From assembly GCA_963837035.1 (NCBI GenBank), contig CAWIMH010000031.1:11571-75570 (forward strand): 64,000 bases of DNA. The letters are read 5' to 3'. This DNA comes from an uncultured Pseudomonadota bacterium (lineage in GTDB: Bacteria; Desulfobacterota; Binatia; Binatales; Binataceae). The notes beneath the pieces are model-generated. The model was given only the letters and a program-made list of their open reading frames with translations. It was not told the DNA's origin and made no database searches. This document shows, piece after piece, positions 1-11,319 of the stretch (the first letter of the stretch is position 1; every line of letters starts with the position of its first letter). The position numbers were made by a program, and so were the translations under genes.

Positions 1-1122
1 ATGGCCTGAAGGGCCTTTTCACCCGCGCGGCGGAGCGAGGGATCGGGATCGCTGGCGGCCTGGCGATAGATCGCCTCGGCCCGAGGGTCGGGCATCATGC
101 AGAGCGCGGTGATCGCCTGCGTACGCAGGTCCGAGTCGGCCTGGCCGGCGCCGGCGGTCTGGATCAACCGCGGGACGGCCTCGCGCAGCTCGAGCACACC
201 GGCCGCCAGCACGGCCGCCTGGCGAACATCCGCCGAGGAATCGTCGAGGCGAGCCAGAACAAGCTGCCTGATCTCGGCAGGCAGCGGCTTCTTCACGTTC
301 AGGCTCATGAGCGCAGCGGCCCGGACGACCGCCCTTGGGCTCTCGAAAAAGCCGGCCATATCGTTGGGCGGCAGGACTCCATCCCTGGCCAGCGGCGGCA
401 AGGCGCGGGCTACCAGGCTCTCGGGCGCATTCGGGTCGTACAAGACCGCCAGCCGCGCGCGGACAATGTCGCGGCCGCGAAATCGGGCAAGGCCGTCGAG
501 GGCCGCGGCGCGCACCGGCTCGGCCCGTTCAGGATCGACGACCAGGCTTGTGAGCAGCCGCACCGACGCGGCGTCATTCATCGCGCCGAGAGCTTCGACA
601 AGCAGCGCCTGGTTGCGGACATCGGACTCCATCGACATCCCCTGGCAGAGGATCGGTGCGGCCGCCGGCCCGACCTCACCGAGCGCGACGATCGACTGGA
701 AGCGGACCGAGGCATCCTGATCGGCGAGGCCCACGCGCAGGCCCTGGAGGACCATGTTCATCCCCTCGGGGTTCCAATCCTGCGTCTTTCGTGGCATCTC
801 GCCCGCTAACGGATCGGGCCCCCACCAGGTTCCCGACCATTCTGGGTACTTGCGAAACTGGCCCGCCAGGTTGGCGACGATCCGTCCGCGAAAGGCTGGC
901 TCGGGCGTTTGCCGCAAGGATGCGACGAGTGCCCGAACGACGGGCACGGACCAGGACTCATCGGCCAGGTTCAGGGCGTTCTCCCGGCGACGAGCGTCCA
1001 GGAGGGCGGCCCGCATCGCCGCCTCATCGGGAAAGCCCAGCCGGCGGATCGCGGTCCGGATCGACCACGCCGCGAATCGATCAGGTTCGCCCAGAACCGC
1101 AAGCAGCGGAGCGATTGCCCGG
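1..1122 (-). CDS. HEAT/PBS-lyase repeat protein fragment resembling planctomycete PVC-type proteins; runs off the window edge and is joined in frame to the dehydrogenase at 1123-1655
   Basis: Manual minus-strand translation, absent from the ORF track because it has no stop: RAIAPLLAVLGEPDRFAAWSIRTAIRRLG...GLADQDASVRFQSIVALGEVG...RLDDSSADVRQAAVLAAG...AASDPDPSLRRAGEKAL. These are LxDxDxxVRxxA HEAT units; also FRKYPEWSGTWWG. Confidence 0.75.
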
Positions 1123-1655
1123 TTCTTGCCGACACCCGCGTAGAAGGCCATCGCGCGCTCGATCGTGGCTTCCGAAGTCTTGGCTCCGCCCACCACCTCT
1201 ACCAGGGGAACGACATGCGGCGGATTGAACGGGTGGCCGATCACACAGCGCTCCGGTCGTTTGCAACCGGACTGAATCACATCCATCGTGATACCGGAGG
1301 AGCTCGATGCGATGATCGAATTCGGCGGCGTTGCCTCGTCCATCTGCGCGAACAACTTGATCTTGAAATCGGGCCGCTCCGGTGCGTTCTCCTGCACCCA
1401 GTCGGCCTCTGCGAGCGCGCGACTCATATCCGGGCTGAACGTCAGCCGATTACGCGAGGCACTCGGAGAAAGACCGACCTGTGTAAGCAATGGCCACGCA
1501 TCATCGACATACTTGCGCAGGTTCGCTTCCGCCTGCGTTCCGGGATCAGTCGCAACCACATCGAAGCCGCGAGCGAGATAGTACGCGGCCCAACTTGCGC
1601 CGATCACCCCAGTACCGACGATCGCGATTCGATGCACAGGTTGATTCAAGGACAT
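1123..1655 (-). CDS. 3-hydroxyacyl-CoA dehydrogenase (carnitine dehydrogenase-like), NAD-binding domain only; C-terminal domain replaced by HEAT repeats
   Basis: ATG at 1655 with AGGAG RBS; MSLNQPVHRIAIVGTGVIGASWAAYYLARG (GxGxxG), VQENAPER, IIASSSSG, VIGHPFNPPHVVPLVEVV, ending at AMAFYAGVGK. Confidence 0.88.
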
Positions 1656-1718
1656 TTTGAAAGCTCTCCTGCGGTTACAACACGCCTATATCCTCTGCAA
1701 TGAAACGCGGAACCGATA

Positions 1719-1735
1719 TCCCCTCTATGGGGGGA
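1719..1735 (-). promoter_or_regulatory. TCCCCC-N4-GGGGGA-type operator upstream of the hydroxyacyl-CoA dehydrogenase
   Basis: TCCCCTCTATGGGGGGA; minus-strand GAGGAT hexamer at 1695-1690, 23 nt away. Confidence 0.6.
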
Positions 1736-1896
1736 CGGTGCCCAATCACTTCGAGCGATTCTCCAGCGCCGCGGATCCGCGACGCGCTCGTCGCGACCTT
1801 CCCGCGTCGCTCTGGGATCTCGGCAGATCAGTGGTTACATTCAAGCAGGAGCGTCCTTAGTTGATCTCGGAGAGAGCCGAATATCGAGATTTCGGA

Positions 1897-3618
1897 TCAG
1901 TGGACGAGGGCCGTCTTCGCCACATCCACGATCTCGTTCGCTTGGCTATTGAGTACCGCCTTCATCATCCATAGGCTGAATCCCTTCGCCTGCTCGAGCT
2001 TGATCTCCGGCGGCATGACGAGCTCCTGCCGGTCAGTCAATACGTCGATGACGGCAGGACCCTTTTGGGCAAAAGCGGTTGAGATTGCTGATTTCAGCTG
2101 GCTCGGCTCCTTCACGCGCACGCCATAGATACCCATGGATTCGGCCATGCTCGCGAAATTCGGATTGTCGAGCCGCGTACCCATTGGCAGAAATCCGCCG
2201 GCTTTCATCTCGATGTCGACGAAGCCCAGCAGTCCGTTATTGAAGATGACAATTTTGATCGGCAGCTTAAAGTGGCGCACGGTCAGCAATTCACCCATGA
2301 GCATGCCGAACCCGCCATCACCCGACATGGAAATAACTTGCCGATCGGGCATCGCAAACTGAGCGCCGATGGCCTGCGGCATCGCGTTGGCCATTGACCC
2401 ATGCAAAAACGAGCCCAGCAGCCGGCGCTTGCCGTTCATTTTGAGATATCGGGCCGCCCACACGATGGGCTCGCCCACGTCACAGGTGAAAATCGCATCC
2501 TCGCTGGCGAGATCGCTCACCACTTTTGCGACCAGCTGCGGGTGAATCGGTGTGTGTTTGGACTGCTCGTTCGCGAGATCGTCGAGACCCTTCCGGGCTT
2601 TCGCATAGTGGCGGACGGCGGCACTCAGATGCGAATCGTCGCGCTTCTCCGACACTCGGTCGGTCAGTCGCGATAGGACTTCGCGCACGTCCCCAATCAC
2701 GCCGAGATCAAGCCGGCAACGGCGGCCTAGATTTTCGCCGCGAATATCGATCTGCGCGATTCGCGCCTTCGTCGGATAGAATTGCCGATACGGGAAATCG
2801 GTGCCGAGCATGAGCAAGGTATCGCAGCCCTCCATGGCGTGGTATCCGGAGGACCATCCGACGAAACCCGTCATCCCAACATCGTAGGGATTGTCCCATT
2901 CGACGTGCTCCTTGCCGCGCAGCGCGTGCACGATGGGCGCCTTGAGTTTGGCTGCGAGGGCTACCACGGCATCGTGCGCGCCTGCGCAACCGGCGCCGCA
3001 TAGGATCGTCGTTCTTTCGCCGCTTTCCAGAAAGCCGGCCAGGTCCTCGATGTCCGCTTCGGCCGCACACACGCGAGGCAATCGGGGCACCGGGTTGGGA
3101 GAGGGTGCCCGCGGTCCCGCGTCTTTCAAGGCGACATCACCGGAAATCACAATGACGGCGACGCCCTGTTTCGCGACAGCCTCGCGAATCGCCGTTTCGA
3201 GGATTCGCGGCACCTGGATCGGATCCGAGATCAGCTCGACGTAGTGGCTGCATTCCTTGAAAAGCGATTGCGGATGGGTTTCCTGAAAATAGCTGGAGCC
3301 AATCTCGGTGCTCGGAATATGCGCTGCGATGGCCACCACCGGCACTCGGTTGCGATGGCAGTCAAAGAGCCCATTGATCAGGTGCAAATTGCCGGGGCCA
3401 CAGCTTCCGGCGCATACGGCGAGCTCGCCCGTCAGCTGCGCCTGCGCGCCGGCCGCAAACGCGGCGACTTCTTCGTGCCTGACGGGAATCCACTGGATCT
3501 TGTCGCGCACGCGCAGCGACTCGGTGATGCCGTTGAGCGAATCGCCCACCAGTCCGTAAATACGGCGCACATTGGCCGCTTCGAGCGTCTCAACTATCCG
3601 GTCCGCAACATTGGCCAT
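1897..3618 (-). CDS. poxB: Ubiquinone-dependent pyruvate dehydrogenase (pyruvate oxidase)
   Basis: Start MANVADRIV at 3618 with GGAGG RBS; [36 protein letters not shown], ThDP motif GDGG...FNN, C-terminal [16 protein letters not shown]. Confidence 0.95.
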   Translation of the reverse strand: MANVADRIVETLEAANVRRIYGLVGDSLNGITESLRVRDKIQWIPVRHEEVAAFAAGAQAQLTGELAVCAGSCGPGNLHLINGLFDCHRNRVPVVAIAAHIPSTEIGSSYFQETHPQSLFKECSHYVELISDPIQVPRILETAIREAVAKQGVAVIVISGDVALKDAGPRAPSPNPVPRLPRVCAAEADIEDLAGFLESGERTTILCGAGCAGAHDAVVALAAKLKAPIVHALRGKEHVEWDNPYDVGMTGFVGWSSGYHAMEGCDTLLMLGTDFPYRQFYPTKARIAQIDIRGENLGRRCRLDLGVIGDVREVLSRLTDRVSEKRDDSHLSAAVRHYAKARKGLDDLANEQSKHTPIHPQLVAKVVSDLASEDAIFTCDVGEPIVWAARYLKMNGKRRLLGSFLHGSMANAMPQAIGAQFAMPDRQVISMSGDGGFGMLMGELLTVRHFKLPIKIVIFNNGLLGFVDIEMKAGGFLPMGTRLDNPNFASMAESMGIYGVRVKEPSQLKSAISTAFAQKGPAVIDVLTDRQELVMPPEIKLEQAKGFSLWMMKAVLNSQANEIVDVAKTALVH

Positions 3619-3728
3619 CTCAAACCTCCATTGTGCGCCGCACAGAAATGGCACCGCAAACGCTAACGCTATCGGGTTCGCGGCTGTGCGGCGGAAGCGA
3701 TGGTGCCGCAACACATCGAAAACATTCA

Positions 3729-3744
3729 TCCCCCCTTTGGGGGG
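3729..3744 (-). promoter_or_regulatory. Operator for poxB
   Basis: TCCCCCCTTTGGGGGG; minus-strand CACCAT at 3705-3700, 23 nt away. Confidence 0.7.
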
Positions 3745-3844
3745 CTATCCGCTCCCGTAGACCAGCAGCTCGCAATACTGCTGTTGGAAGCAAACAGGTT
3801 TCACTGTGGCCAGGAACCTGCGCCAGTCTGCGATGTAGGTTGCT

Positions 3845-3860
3845 CCCCCCTTTCGGGGGA
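3845..3860 (+). promoter_or_regulatory. Operator for the MscS/cNMP channel gene
   Basis: (T)CCCCCCTTTCGGGGGA; TACGAT at 3884-3889, 23 nt away. Confidence 0.72.
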
Positions 3861-3938
3861 GATAGGCAGACCGGCGCGTGCATTACGATGCACGTAACGG
3901 CGCGTCGCGCAAGCGTTCCTATTAGGCGGCAAAACACA

Positions 3939-5402
3939 GTGACTTCCGCTCTGTTACCTGTTTTGATCCTCGGTTTCGTCATTGTCAGCTACATAGCGCT
4001 GCGACCGTTCGCCGTGCGGGTTCGCCACTTGTTTGACTTCGTGTGTTTTGCCGGCGCGACCTTCATACTTTTTCGCTATCAAACTCTTCCCTTGCCGGGC
4101 AACGGTGGGCCAGTCAATGCCACCTCGTTATGGCTACATGCGGTCGCCGGTATATGGTGGCTGCTTGGCGCGCGAGTGCTCGTTGCGGCCATGTCATTCA
4201 CGCTCAATCACAACCGCCAATGGCGCGAGGCACGGCTCTTTCCTGATCTCACCGCCGCCGCGATTTACACCGCCGCTGTAACGGTTGTTCTGATTTCCGT
4301 GCTTGCGTTGCCGATTGGTGGCCTGCTCGCGACCTCTGGCGTCCTGGCGATCGTGTTAGGTCTTGCTTTGCAGAACACACTGGCGGACGTGTTTGCAGGA
4401 ATCGCATTCGGTATTGAAGCGCCCTTCAATGTGGGCGATCGTATTTCACTCGCCGACAGAATCGAGGGCACGGTGGTGCAGATGAACTGGCGTTCGATTC
4501 GCATTCTCACCGATGGCGATGATGTCGCGATTGTCCCCAACAGCGTGGTTGCGAAATCCGACATCGTGAACCGCAGCTTCCCGACCCGCGTTCGTTCAGC
4601 GTTCATAGAGCTCTCATGTCCCGCCGCCTCCAATCCCGAACGAGTCATCGATACGCTTCAACAAGCCACACTGCTTTGCCCCCCTATTCTCCCCGAGCCA
4701 CTCGCCAGCGCTGTGCTGACGCGCCTAGGGTCGACGGAAAACCGATATCGCGTGATTTTTTCGGTCTCTGATACTGAACACCTTGGAACCACCAAAGATC
4801 TATTGCTCCGGCATGCAAGGCGGCAGCTTTACTATTCCGGTCTCTACTTTTTGTGCGCTGCCCAAGATATTCGAACACCCGATGAAGGTACGGACCGGAC
4901 ATTTCACGCAGTGCTGCCGCTTCTCCAAGGCATCACCCTTTTCGAAGCCCTGGAGGCGGAGCCACTAGCCGAATTAGCCGCCCACTTAAAGCCGCGATCG
5001 CTCGAACCAGGAGAGGTGCTGTTCGCGCAAGGGGGAACTGAAGCGACGCTCTTCATCGTCGTCTCTGGAATTCTTCAAATCAGCCAAGATACCGGGCTTT
5101 CCGGGCAACAGACGGCCGGCTTTATTGGTGCCGGCGACTACATCGGTGAAGTCAGTCTACTCACCGGCGCGCCATATGCGGCCACCGCCACAGCTCGCAC
5201 CCATTGCAAACTCTATGGAGTCGACTCCAATGTTATAAGGCCCCTGCTCGCAGCCAATTCCGACTTGTACGCGGAATTTGATCGGTCGGCGCGCCGCGGC
5301 CTTGAGATTCTCAATCGAGGCGCGGCTGTCCGGGCTACCGATGACAGCGCCCGCCAATCACTTCTCCATCGCATTCGAGCCTTTTTTGACGATCCGCGCT
5401 AG
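3939..5402 (+). CDS. MscS-family mechanosensitive channel with C-terminal cyclic-nucleotide-binding domain (bCNG type)
   Basis: GLLATSGVLAIVLGLALQNTLADVFAGI, FNVGDRI...GTVVQMNWRS...IVPNSVVAKS (MscS); LFAQG...LFIVVSG...GDYIGEVSLLTG...ATATA (cNMP). GTG 3939 preferred because ATG 3888 overlaps the predicted -10. Confidence 0.88.
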   Translation: MTSALLPVLILGFVIVSYIALRPFAVRVRHLFDFVCFAGATFILFRYQTLPLPGNGGPVNATSLWLHAVAGIWWLLGARVLVAAMSFTLNHNRQWREARLFPDLTAAAIYTAAVTVVLISVLALPIGGLLATSGVLAIVLGLALQNTLADVFAGIAFGIEAPFNVGDRISLADRIEGTVVQMNWRSIRILTDGDDVAIVPNSVVAKSDIVNRSFPTRVRSAFIELSCPAASNPERVIDTLQQATLLCPPILPEPLASAVLTRLGSTENRYRVIFSVSDTEHLGTTKDLLLRHARRQLYYSGLYFLCAAQDIRTPDEGTDRTFHAVLPLLQGITLFEALEAEPLAELAAHLKPRSLEPGEVLFAQGGTEATLFIVVSGILQISQDTGLSGQQTAGFIGAGDYIGEVSLLTGAPYAATATARTHCKLYGVDSNVIRPLLAANSDLYAEFDRSARRGLEILNRGAAVRATDDSARQSLLHRIRAFFDDPR

Positions 5403-5438
5403 CGAGCCGTGCTCTCCTAACCCTTGCCGAAGTCGCTC

Positions 5439-5454
5439 TCCCCCAAAGGGGGGA
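5439..5454 (+). promoter_or_regulatory. Operator for ytcA-mdtN-mdtO-TolC
   Basis: TCCCCCAAAGGGGGGA (perfect); GACACT at 5478-5483, 23 nt away. Confidence 0.75.
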
Positions 5455-5491
5455 CTGCTGGCGACGGATAAACCGATGACACTGCCTTCTC

Positions 5492-5803
5492 ATGAATATC
5501 GCGATAAGTTCTCCGGAACGAGGCGGCGCGTTCTACCGCTTTCCGCCGGCGGCTCGGCTGTGGTGCTCGGCGACGATGCTGGGTTTACTGGGCGGCTGCG
5601 ACGGCGCGCCCTCGCGCAATATTCTAGGCTCGTATTTTCCGTCTTGGATGGTGTGCGCGCTGGTGGGTATTGCGTTCGCACTCGCAGCCCGCGCAATTTT
5701 CAAAGCCTCGGGGCTGCTCGAGGAAATACCCGTACCCTTCGTCGTCATGCTGGCGATTGCCTGTGCAGGCACATTCGCGATGTGGCTGATATGGCTGTCT
5801 TGA
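5492..5803 (+). CDS. ytcA: YtcA-family lipoprotein
   Basis: Lipobox LLGGC followed by DGAPSRNILGSYFPSWM; precedes mdtN; start could be 5576. Confidence 0.85.
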   Translation: MNIAISSPERGGAFYRFPPAARLWCSATMLGLLGGCDGAPSRNILGSYFPSWMVCALVGIAFALAARAIFKASGLLEEIPVPFVVMLAIACAGTFAMWLIWLS

Positions 5804-5806
5804 AAA

Positions 5807-6841
5807 ATGCTTATGAGTGAAGGCAAATCGCTTCGCGGAAAAGTGATTGCAACGATGGCCATCGGATTGGCCATCGTTCTGGGCATTCTCGTCGTCTTCG
5901 CGATCGATCGGCGCCCTCGCACGCACGATGCGCGCATTTTTGCCTACAGCGCGGCGATGGCGTCGGAGATCAGTGGACGAATTGTCCAGATCCTCGTGAC
6001 CAATGATCAAGATGTCGCAAAGGGTGCGCCGCTCATCGTCATTGATCCGGCGCCATATGAATTTCAACTGCGCCAAGCGCGTGCTCAGGTGGCCGCGCTT
6101 AAGGCGCAGATCGCTCTGACGGGACGTCAAGTCACCTCCCAGGGTTCCGGCGTCCAAGCGGCGATGAGCCAAGTACAGAAGGCGCGCGACCAACTAAGGT
6201 ACGCCCAGGACACGCGCAAGCGCCTTGAGCCGTTGGTGAAACCCGGCTTCGTGACTCAACAGCAGTTGGACGAAGCCAAAACCAACGAAGCCACTGCCGA
6301 GGCATCCCTCCAAGCACTCACCGAAGCGCGACCCAGGCCCGCCAAGCGGTGGGAGACACCTTGAGCCTCGAAGCTCAATTGGAGGGCGCGGAAGCGGCGG
6401 AGGCCAATGCCGCGCGCAATTACGATTTGACGACCCTGCGTGCCCCGTTTGCGGGAAAGGTGGTCGGATTGCAGATTGCGGAAGGCACCTTTGCCGTCGC
6501 CGGCCATCCGCTCTTCAGTCTCATCAAGTCCGATGCGTGGTATGCCGATCGCCGACTTTCGAGAAACCGAATTGCCGCGAATCGCCGTCGGCGATCGAGC
6601 GACGGTGTGGACCATGTCCGAGAGCAACAGTGCCTTTGCAGGGCGGGTGGAAAGCTTGGGCGCGGGCGTACAATCGACCGATCAAGGCGGCCCCGGTCTT
6701 CCCGTCGTCGGCCGCGACCTCAACTGGGTGGTGGTCGCGCAGCGATTTCCTGTCTGGGTTCGGCTCGATAGCCCGCCCCCCTTTGCCATGCACGTGGGAT
6801 TAACCGCATCCGTCAAAGTGCATCATGACGGCGCTCGCTGA
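5807..6841 (+). CDS. mdtN: MdtN-like HlyD membrane fusion protein (frameshifted near 6330 and 6550)
   Basis: RPRTHDA, ASEISGRIV...DQDVAKGAPLIVIDPAPY; LRAPFAGKV; ADFRETEL...LNWVVVAQRFPVWVRL, spread over three frames. Confidence 0.85.
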
Positions 6842-8808
6842 GTCGCAACGATCCCGCCGCCCACTCCTTGAACTGCTGGCCGTCGAGCTGGCGCCGCGAG
6901 AGGGCCGATGGGCGGCTGTCGCGCGCATCGCGACGGGATGTGCCATCACAGTGGCCATCGCGATGGTATTTCAGATACCCCAGCCCACCTACATGGCCTA
7001 TATCGTTTTTCTGATCAGCAAAGATGAGAAGAATGCGACCGTCACGTCGGCCCTCGGCGCTTTGGTTGCCGCCACCCTCGCTGTTCTCCTGACCTTGGGC
7101 CTGGAGCTCATCGACACTGCCGAACCGGCACTGCGATTGCCCCTCATGGCACTGGCGACCTTTGCTGCCATGTTTACCTCGCGCACGTTTGCGCTCGGCC
7201 CCATCTCCTACCTGGCGGGCTTTGTCATCGTGTTGCTGCAGACGCTGGTCGATGACGTACCAAGCCCGGAGGCCCTGACACGCGCGACCTTGTGGGCATG
7301 GGTCGTCGATATTCGTGCCGATAGCCGTGACGGTCATCGTCAATTTGCTGTTTGGTCAGGGCGCTAGGGCATTCATGGACCGCACCGTCCGCAAGGTCCT
7401 GAAGGAGTTGGAGACCTCGCTTGCGAACGGCGACTACCGTAAATGCCTTCCTGAATGGCGCGCGCGTCTCGTGCCACTGCTCGAGACCGCTCAACACAAC
7501 GCCGAAAAGGCGCCGCAAAGAGGCCAAATCACGGTGCCTGTGATACGTGCGCTTCTCGAGACGCTGGTGATCCTGGAAGCCGTTCCCGACGATCTGCCGG
7601 ATACCGTTCAAGAAGAGCTGGCAAGCCGGGTGCGAGCGTGCAGACGCGCCATCGAGTCGGACGATGCCGCCCCTGAGATGCATGACTCCATGGCGCCGCT
7701 CTCGCAACGCGCCGACGCGAGTATCGAACAAGCCCCGGCGGTGATTGCTTTGTTCAGCACGCTGTCCGTCCTCTTGGGTGCGATAGGCCGCCCTGCCTCC
7801 CCGCCTGACAAAACCAAAGCGCATCACCCGACTCGACGACCCTTCGTCGCCGACGCGTTCAGTAATCCAGCGCATTGGCAATTTGCCCTGAAGACCACGA
7901 TGGCGGTCATGATTTCGTACGCGATCTACACGCTTCTCGACTGGCCCGGGATGCGCACCGCAGTCGTCACGTGCTTTTTTGTCGCGCTCTCGAGCCTTGG
8001 GCGAGACCGTGCACAAGTTGGTACTCAGGCTCTCCGGCGCCATCATTGGCGGACTTATCGCCGGCCTGTGCATTGTCTTTGTCCTGCCGCATCTCACGGA
8101 TATCGGCCAGCTATGTCTGCTGATTGCGCCGTGTCGGTGGGCGCCGCCTGGGTTGCGACGAGCAGTGAACTGCTCTCCTACGCCGGCCTGCAGATCGCAT
8201 TCGCCTTCTTCTTGGGTGTGCTACAAGATTATGCACCCGCGACGGATCTCACGGTCCTTCGCGACCGAATCGCCGGCATTCTGCTCGGGAATATCGTAAT
8301 CACCATTATATTCAGCTCATTTTGGCCTCAATCCGCCAGGTCCGGCGTTCGTGCGGCGCTCGTGGAGGCGCTGCGCGCGATTGGGGGGGTTATCCGTCGG
8401 CCGCCTGAATGCCGAGGAGGATCGCATGCGCACCGTTCAAGCACTGGTGCGGGCCGATCACTTGCGTACCTTGAGCCTCTTCGAACTGCGCATGCTGCCG
8501 AGCCATGCGCTAGAGAGCGCGAGTGTTCCGCTCTGTTTCGGATATCGAGCGGCTCGCAGGGGCGGCGTTCGTCGTGACGACGGATTCGATTTCTCCCTAT
8601 GCTCGAACCGGGATCCACTGCCCGGTTGGCCGAGTGGGCTGAGTCTGCCGCAGACAACCTCTCGCGAGATCGGCCGGTGCCTCCGAGCCCTGTGCCTGCC
8701 GCTTCCTCGCCGGCACCCGCTGTTAGCGAACCCGACGCGCGCTTAGCACAACACGCCATCGAACAACTCGAGTCGGAGGTTCAGCATGTTGCTTCGGCAA
8801 TGCATTGA
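6825..8808 (+). CDS. mdtO: MdtO-like FUSC inner-membrane efflux subunit (several frameshifts)
   Basis: ELAPREGRW, HWQFALKTTMAVMISY...DWPGMRTAVVTCFFVAL, LGETVHKLVLRLSGA, SYAGLQIAFAFFL...LRDRIAGILLGN. Confidence 0.85.
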
Positions 8809-10245
8809 ACGCTCGACGGTCGGATTGGCTTTTATTGCCAGCCTGCTGAGCGCTCATCTGGCGATAGCGCAAGCGCCGCCGAGCGCCGAGCAACCCTGGG
8901 CCATTCCAGAATCGGCCAGTCGCCGCGCCGCCGCCCTGGGCGATACCGGTTTGGCGGTTCCGCATAAGCAGTACGATCTGGCCGCGCTGGTCGATCTGGC
9001 AGAAAGAGAAAATCCCAATACACGGGCAGCTTGGGAAGTCGCGCGTGAAGCGGCCGCGGGTATCGGCCTCGCAGAAAGCGCGTATCTCCCGCAGCTTTCT
9101 TTGCAAGCGATCGGCGGCTTTCAGCACACGCCGTTGCCCATGCCCAAAAACCTGGTGCCGGCAGGCTATTTCGTCTCCGATACGCGGGAAGTCATTCCCG
9201 CGCTGGCTCTGAAATGGTTGCTTTTCGACTTCGGCCGTCGCGATGCCCAATTGCAAGCCGCGCGCGCAGACTCGTTCGTCGCCAACGTGGCCTTCACCGG
9301 TGCCCATCAGAAACTCATATTCGACGTGTCGCAAGCGTATTTTGACTTGGGCGCTGCGCGCGGGCAAGCTCCATGCCGCGCAGAAGGCCTTGAGTACCGC
9401 TCTTACCACTCAGGATGCCGCCATCGCCAAGCAGAACAACGGCCTCGCCACCGTGGTTGCGGTGGCGCAGGCGCAGCGACAAACGGCTCAAGCACGCTAT
9501 ACGCTGGCAGCAGCCGAAGGCGCCGAGAGAACCGCGCGCGCAAATCTCATTGCGGCCCTCGGAGTGCCCGCTGCTACGGAAATCGAGGTGATGGATAGCG
9601 CAGAGTTACCGCTACCGCCCGCTCCGGCCGAGAGCGTGTCCAAGGCGGTCGATCAAGCCCTCGCGCACCGGCCAGATGTCATCGCGGCGCTCGGCAAAGT
9701 GGATGCGGCCGAGGCAGCTCTCAAGGGCGAGCGGCGATCCTACTATCCCACGATTGAACTTTCGGGCCAGGCCTTTCAGAATATTGGCTCGTTGAACTCC
9801 GACGGCGGCCCTTATTCGAATATCAATCGGCCCGGACAAAGCGTTTTCCTGTCGTTCAGCGTCCCCCTCTTTGACGGCGGCATGCGGCGAAATCGCATCT
9901 CCATGGCCGATGCCAAAGCGCGGGAGGCGCAAGAACAACTCGGCGGCGGCGCGCGACTCCGCCTCGCAACAAGTCGTGCGCGCCTATAACGGACTGTTGA
10001 CGAGCCTGGCCGAGTATGATGCCGCCACTGTGTTGAGTCAGGCCGCGCACACGGCCTACGATGCGGCGCTGCGTTCGTACCGCCAAGGGGTCGGGACCTA
10101 TACGGATCTTGCCACCGAGGAGAACGCCGTCGTCCAAGGCGACACGCAGGTCGAAGATGCGCGCGCGAACGCACACACGGCTGCGGCCGCGCTGGCGCTT
10201 TCCATGGGAGCGATTGACATCGCGGGCTCGGGAGGCACGCCCTGA
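8786..10245 (+). CDS. TolC-family outer membrane efflux protein (frameshifts near 9360 and 9945)
   Basis: LAALVDLAERENP, YLPQLSL, LKWLLFDFG, ALAHRPDV, SVPLFDGG, SYRQGVGTYTDL. Confidence 0.85.
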
Positions 10246-10258
10246 TCATTCGTCGCAT

Positions 10259-10642
10259 CTACGACTCTTGTCGATCGTCCACCGCGAGAAGGCTCGTATA
10301 ATCGCGCGCGAGCGCAGCCGCCATGAGCCGAAATGGCGGTGGACCCGAAATGGCTTTTCGCGCATACCATAAACCGCCGAGCGCGAGCACTCCCCAGCCG
10401 CAACAAACGGCCCACGCCACCGCGGTCCGATGCAGGCCGTCTCAAGCCGAGACAATCACCGCGACTGACAAGAAGCATGCGAAGATGAGCCCTGCCGCTG
10501 CGGAGATGCTCGCGCCCACGGACGCCTTGACGATCTCGTCGCGGAACTTGTGTAGATCATCTCGGGCGAACGGACCGTAGTGCGGCGCTCGCTCACGCAG
10601 AAACTGAAGAATCGACTTGATTCGGTGAACTCGGCGAAACAT
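10259..10642 (-). CDS. Small two-TM membrane protein (YqjE/holin-like) with an in-frame TGA at 10442-10444
   Basis: ...GLIFACFLSVAVIVSA*DGLHRTAVAWAVCCGWGVLALGGLWYARKA...LARDY; the frame continues past the TGA to TAG at 10259. Confidence 0.55.
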
Positions 10643-10652
10643 GTTTAACCCC

Positions 10653-11319
10653 TTATTGGTGAATCCCTAACGGCCTTTCGAGCCGGATCCGCCGGCCGAA
10701 CCTCCGAGCGACTGTTTGGCACGGAGCGTCGATACCGCTCGCCGGGCTCGTCAACACGGCTGCGATGGCGTCGGCAAGCGCCGCGATTTCTCGTTGATAC
10801 CCCTCGACCATCGCTGCGTAGCCGCTTCGGATGTCTTCGTCGGCCCGGAATGTACAGGTCGTAACCCGCGCGCCACTGGGTGGCTGGCCAGCACCCGATA
10901 AATTCGCTCTCCAAGACGCCTCGAGGAGTGCGTACCGCCCGAATTCCGCCTCGAGACGTTGCACGTCGATGTCGAGTGCGAGCTTGGTAAACGAGGAGGG
11001 CAATCCGGTCATGCCGCCCAACCGGCGTTGCAGCTCGAGGCGCACCGCCTCCCTGATTGCATCTTTCATCGGGGACGCCCATCGCTCATTCTCGAGAAGC
11101 GTCACCTCGGTCGGCCCGGTGCGAACCATCAGCTCGGAGCGGTTGAGTTGCGGCGGGATATGGACGACTCGCACGTCGATCGCGAGGGTTGCCTCCGAGG
11201 CTCGCAAGGTCTTGTCGGGCGGCGGGGTCAAGGTGTAATACCGAACCGGCGCCGACGTACAGCCGACGCCGACGCTCGACGAGCCACGCAAGAGCGAACC
11301 GTAGGTGGTAGCCGTTCAC
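10653..11319 (-). CDS. pqiC: PqiC-family lipoprotein (frameshift in signal peptide)
   Basis: GVGCTSAPVRYYTL, VHIPPQLNRSELMVR...LLENERWASP; GTG overlaps the pqiB stop. Confidence 0.82.

Noticed and set aside
10442-10444. Selenocysteine or genetic-code reassignment at the in-frame TGA
   Set aside because: The context fits Trp, no SECIS-like stem was noted, and TGA is a normal stop throughout the window
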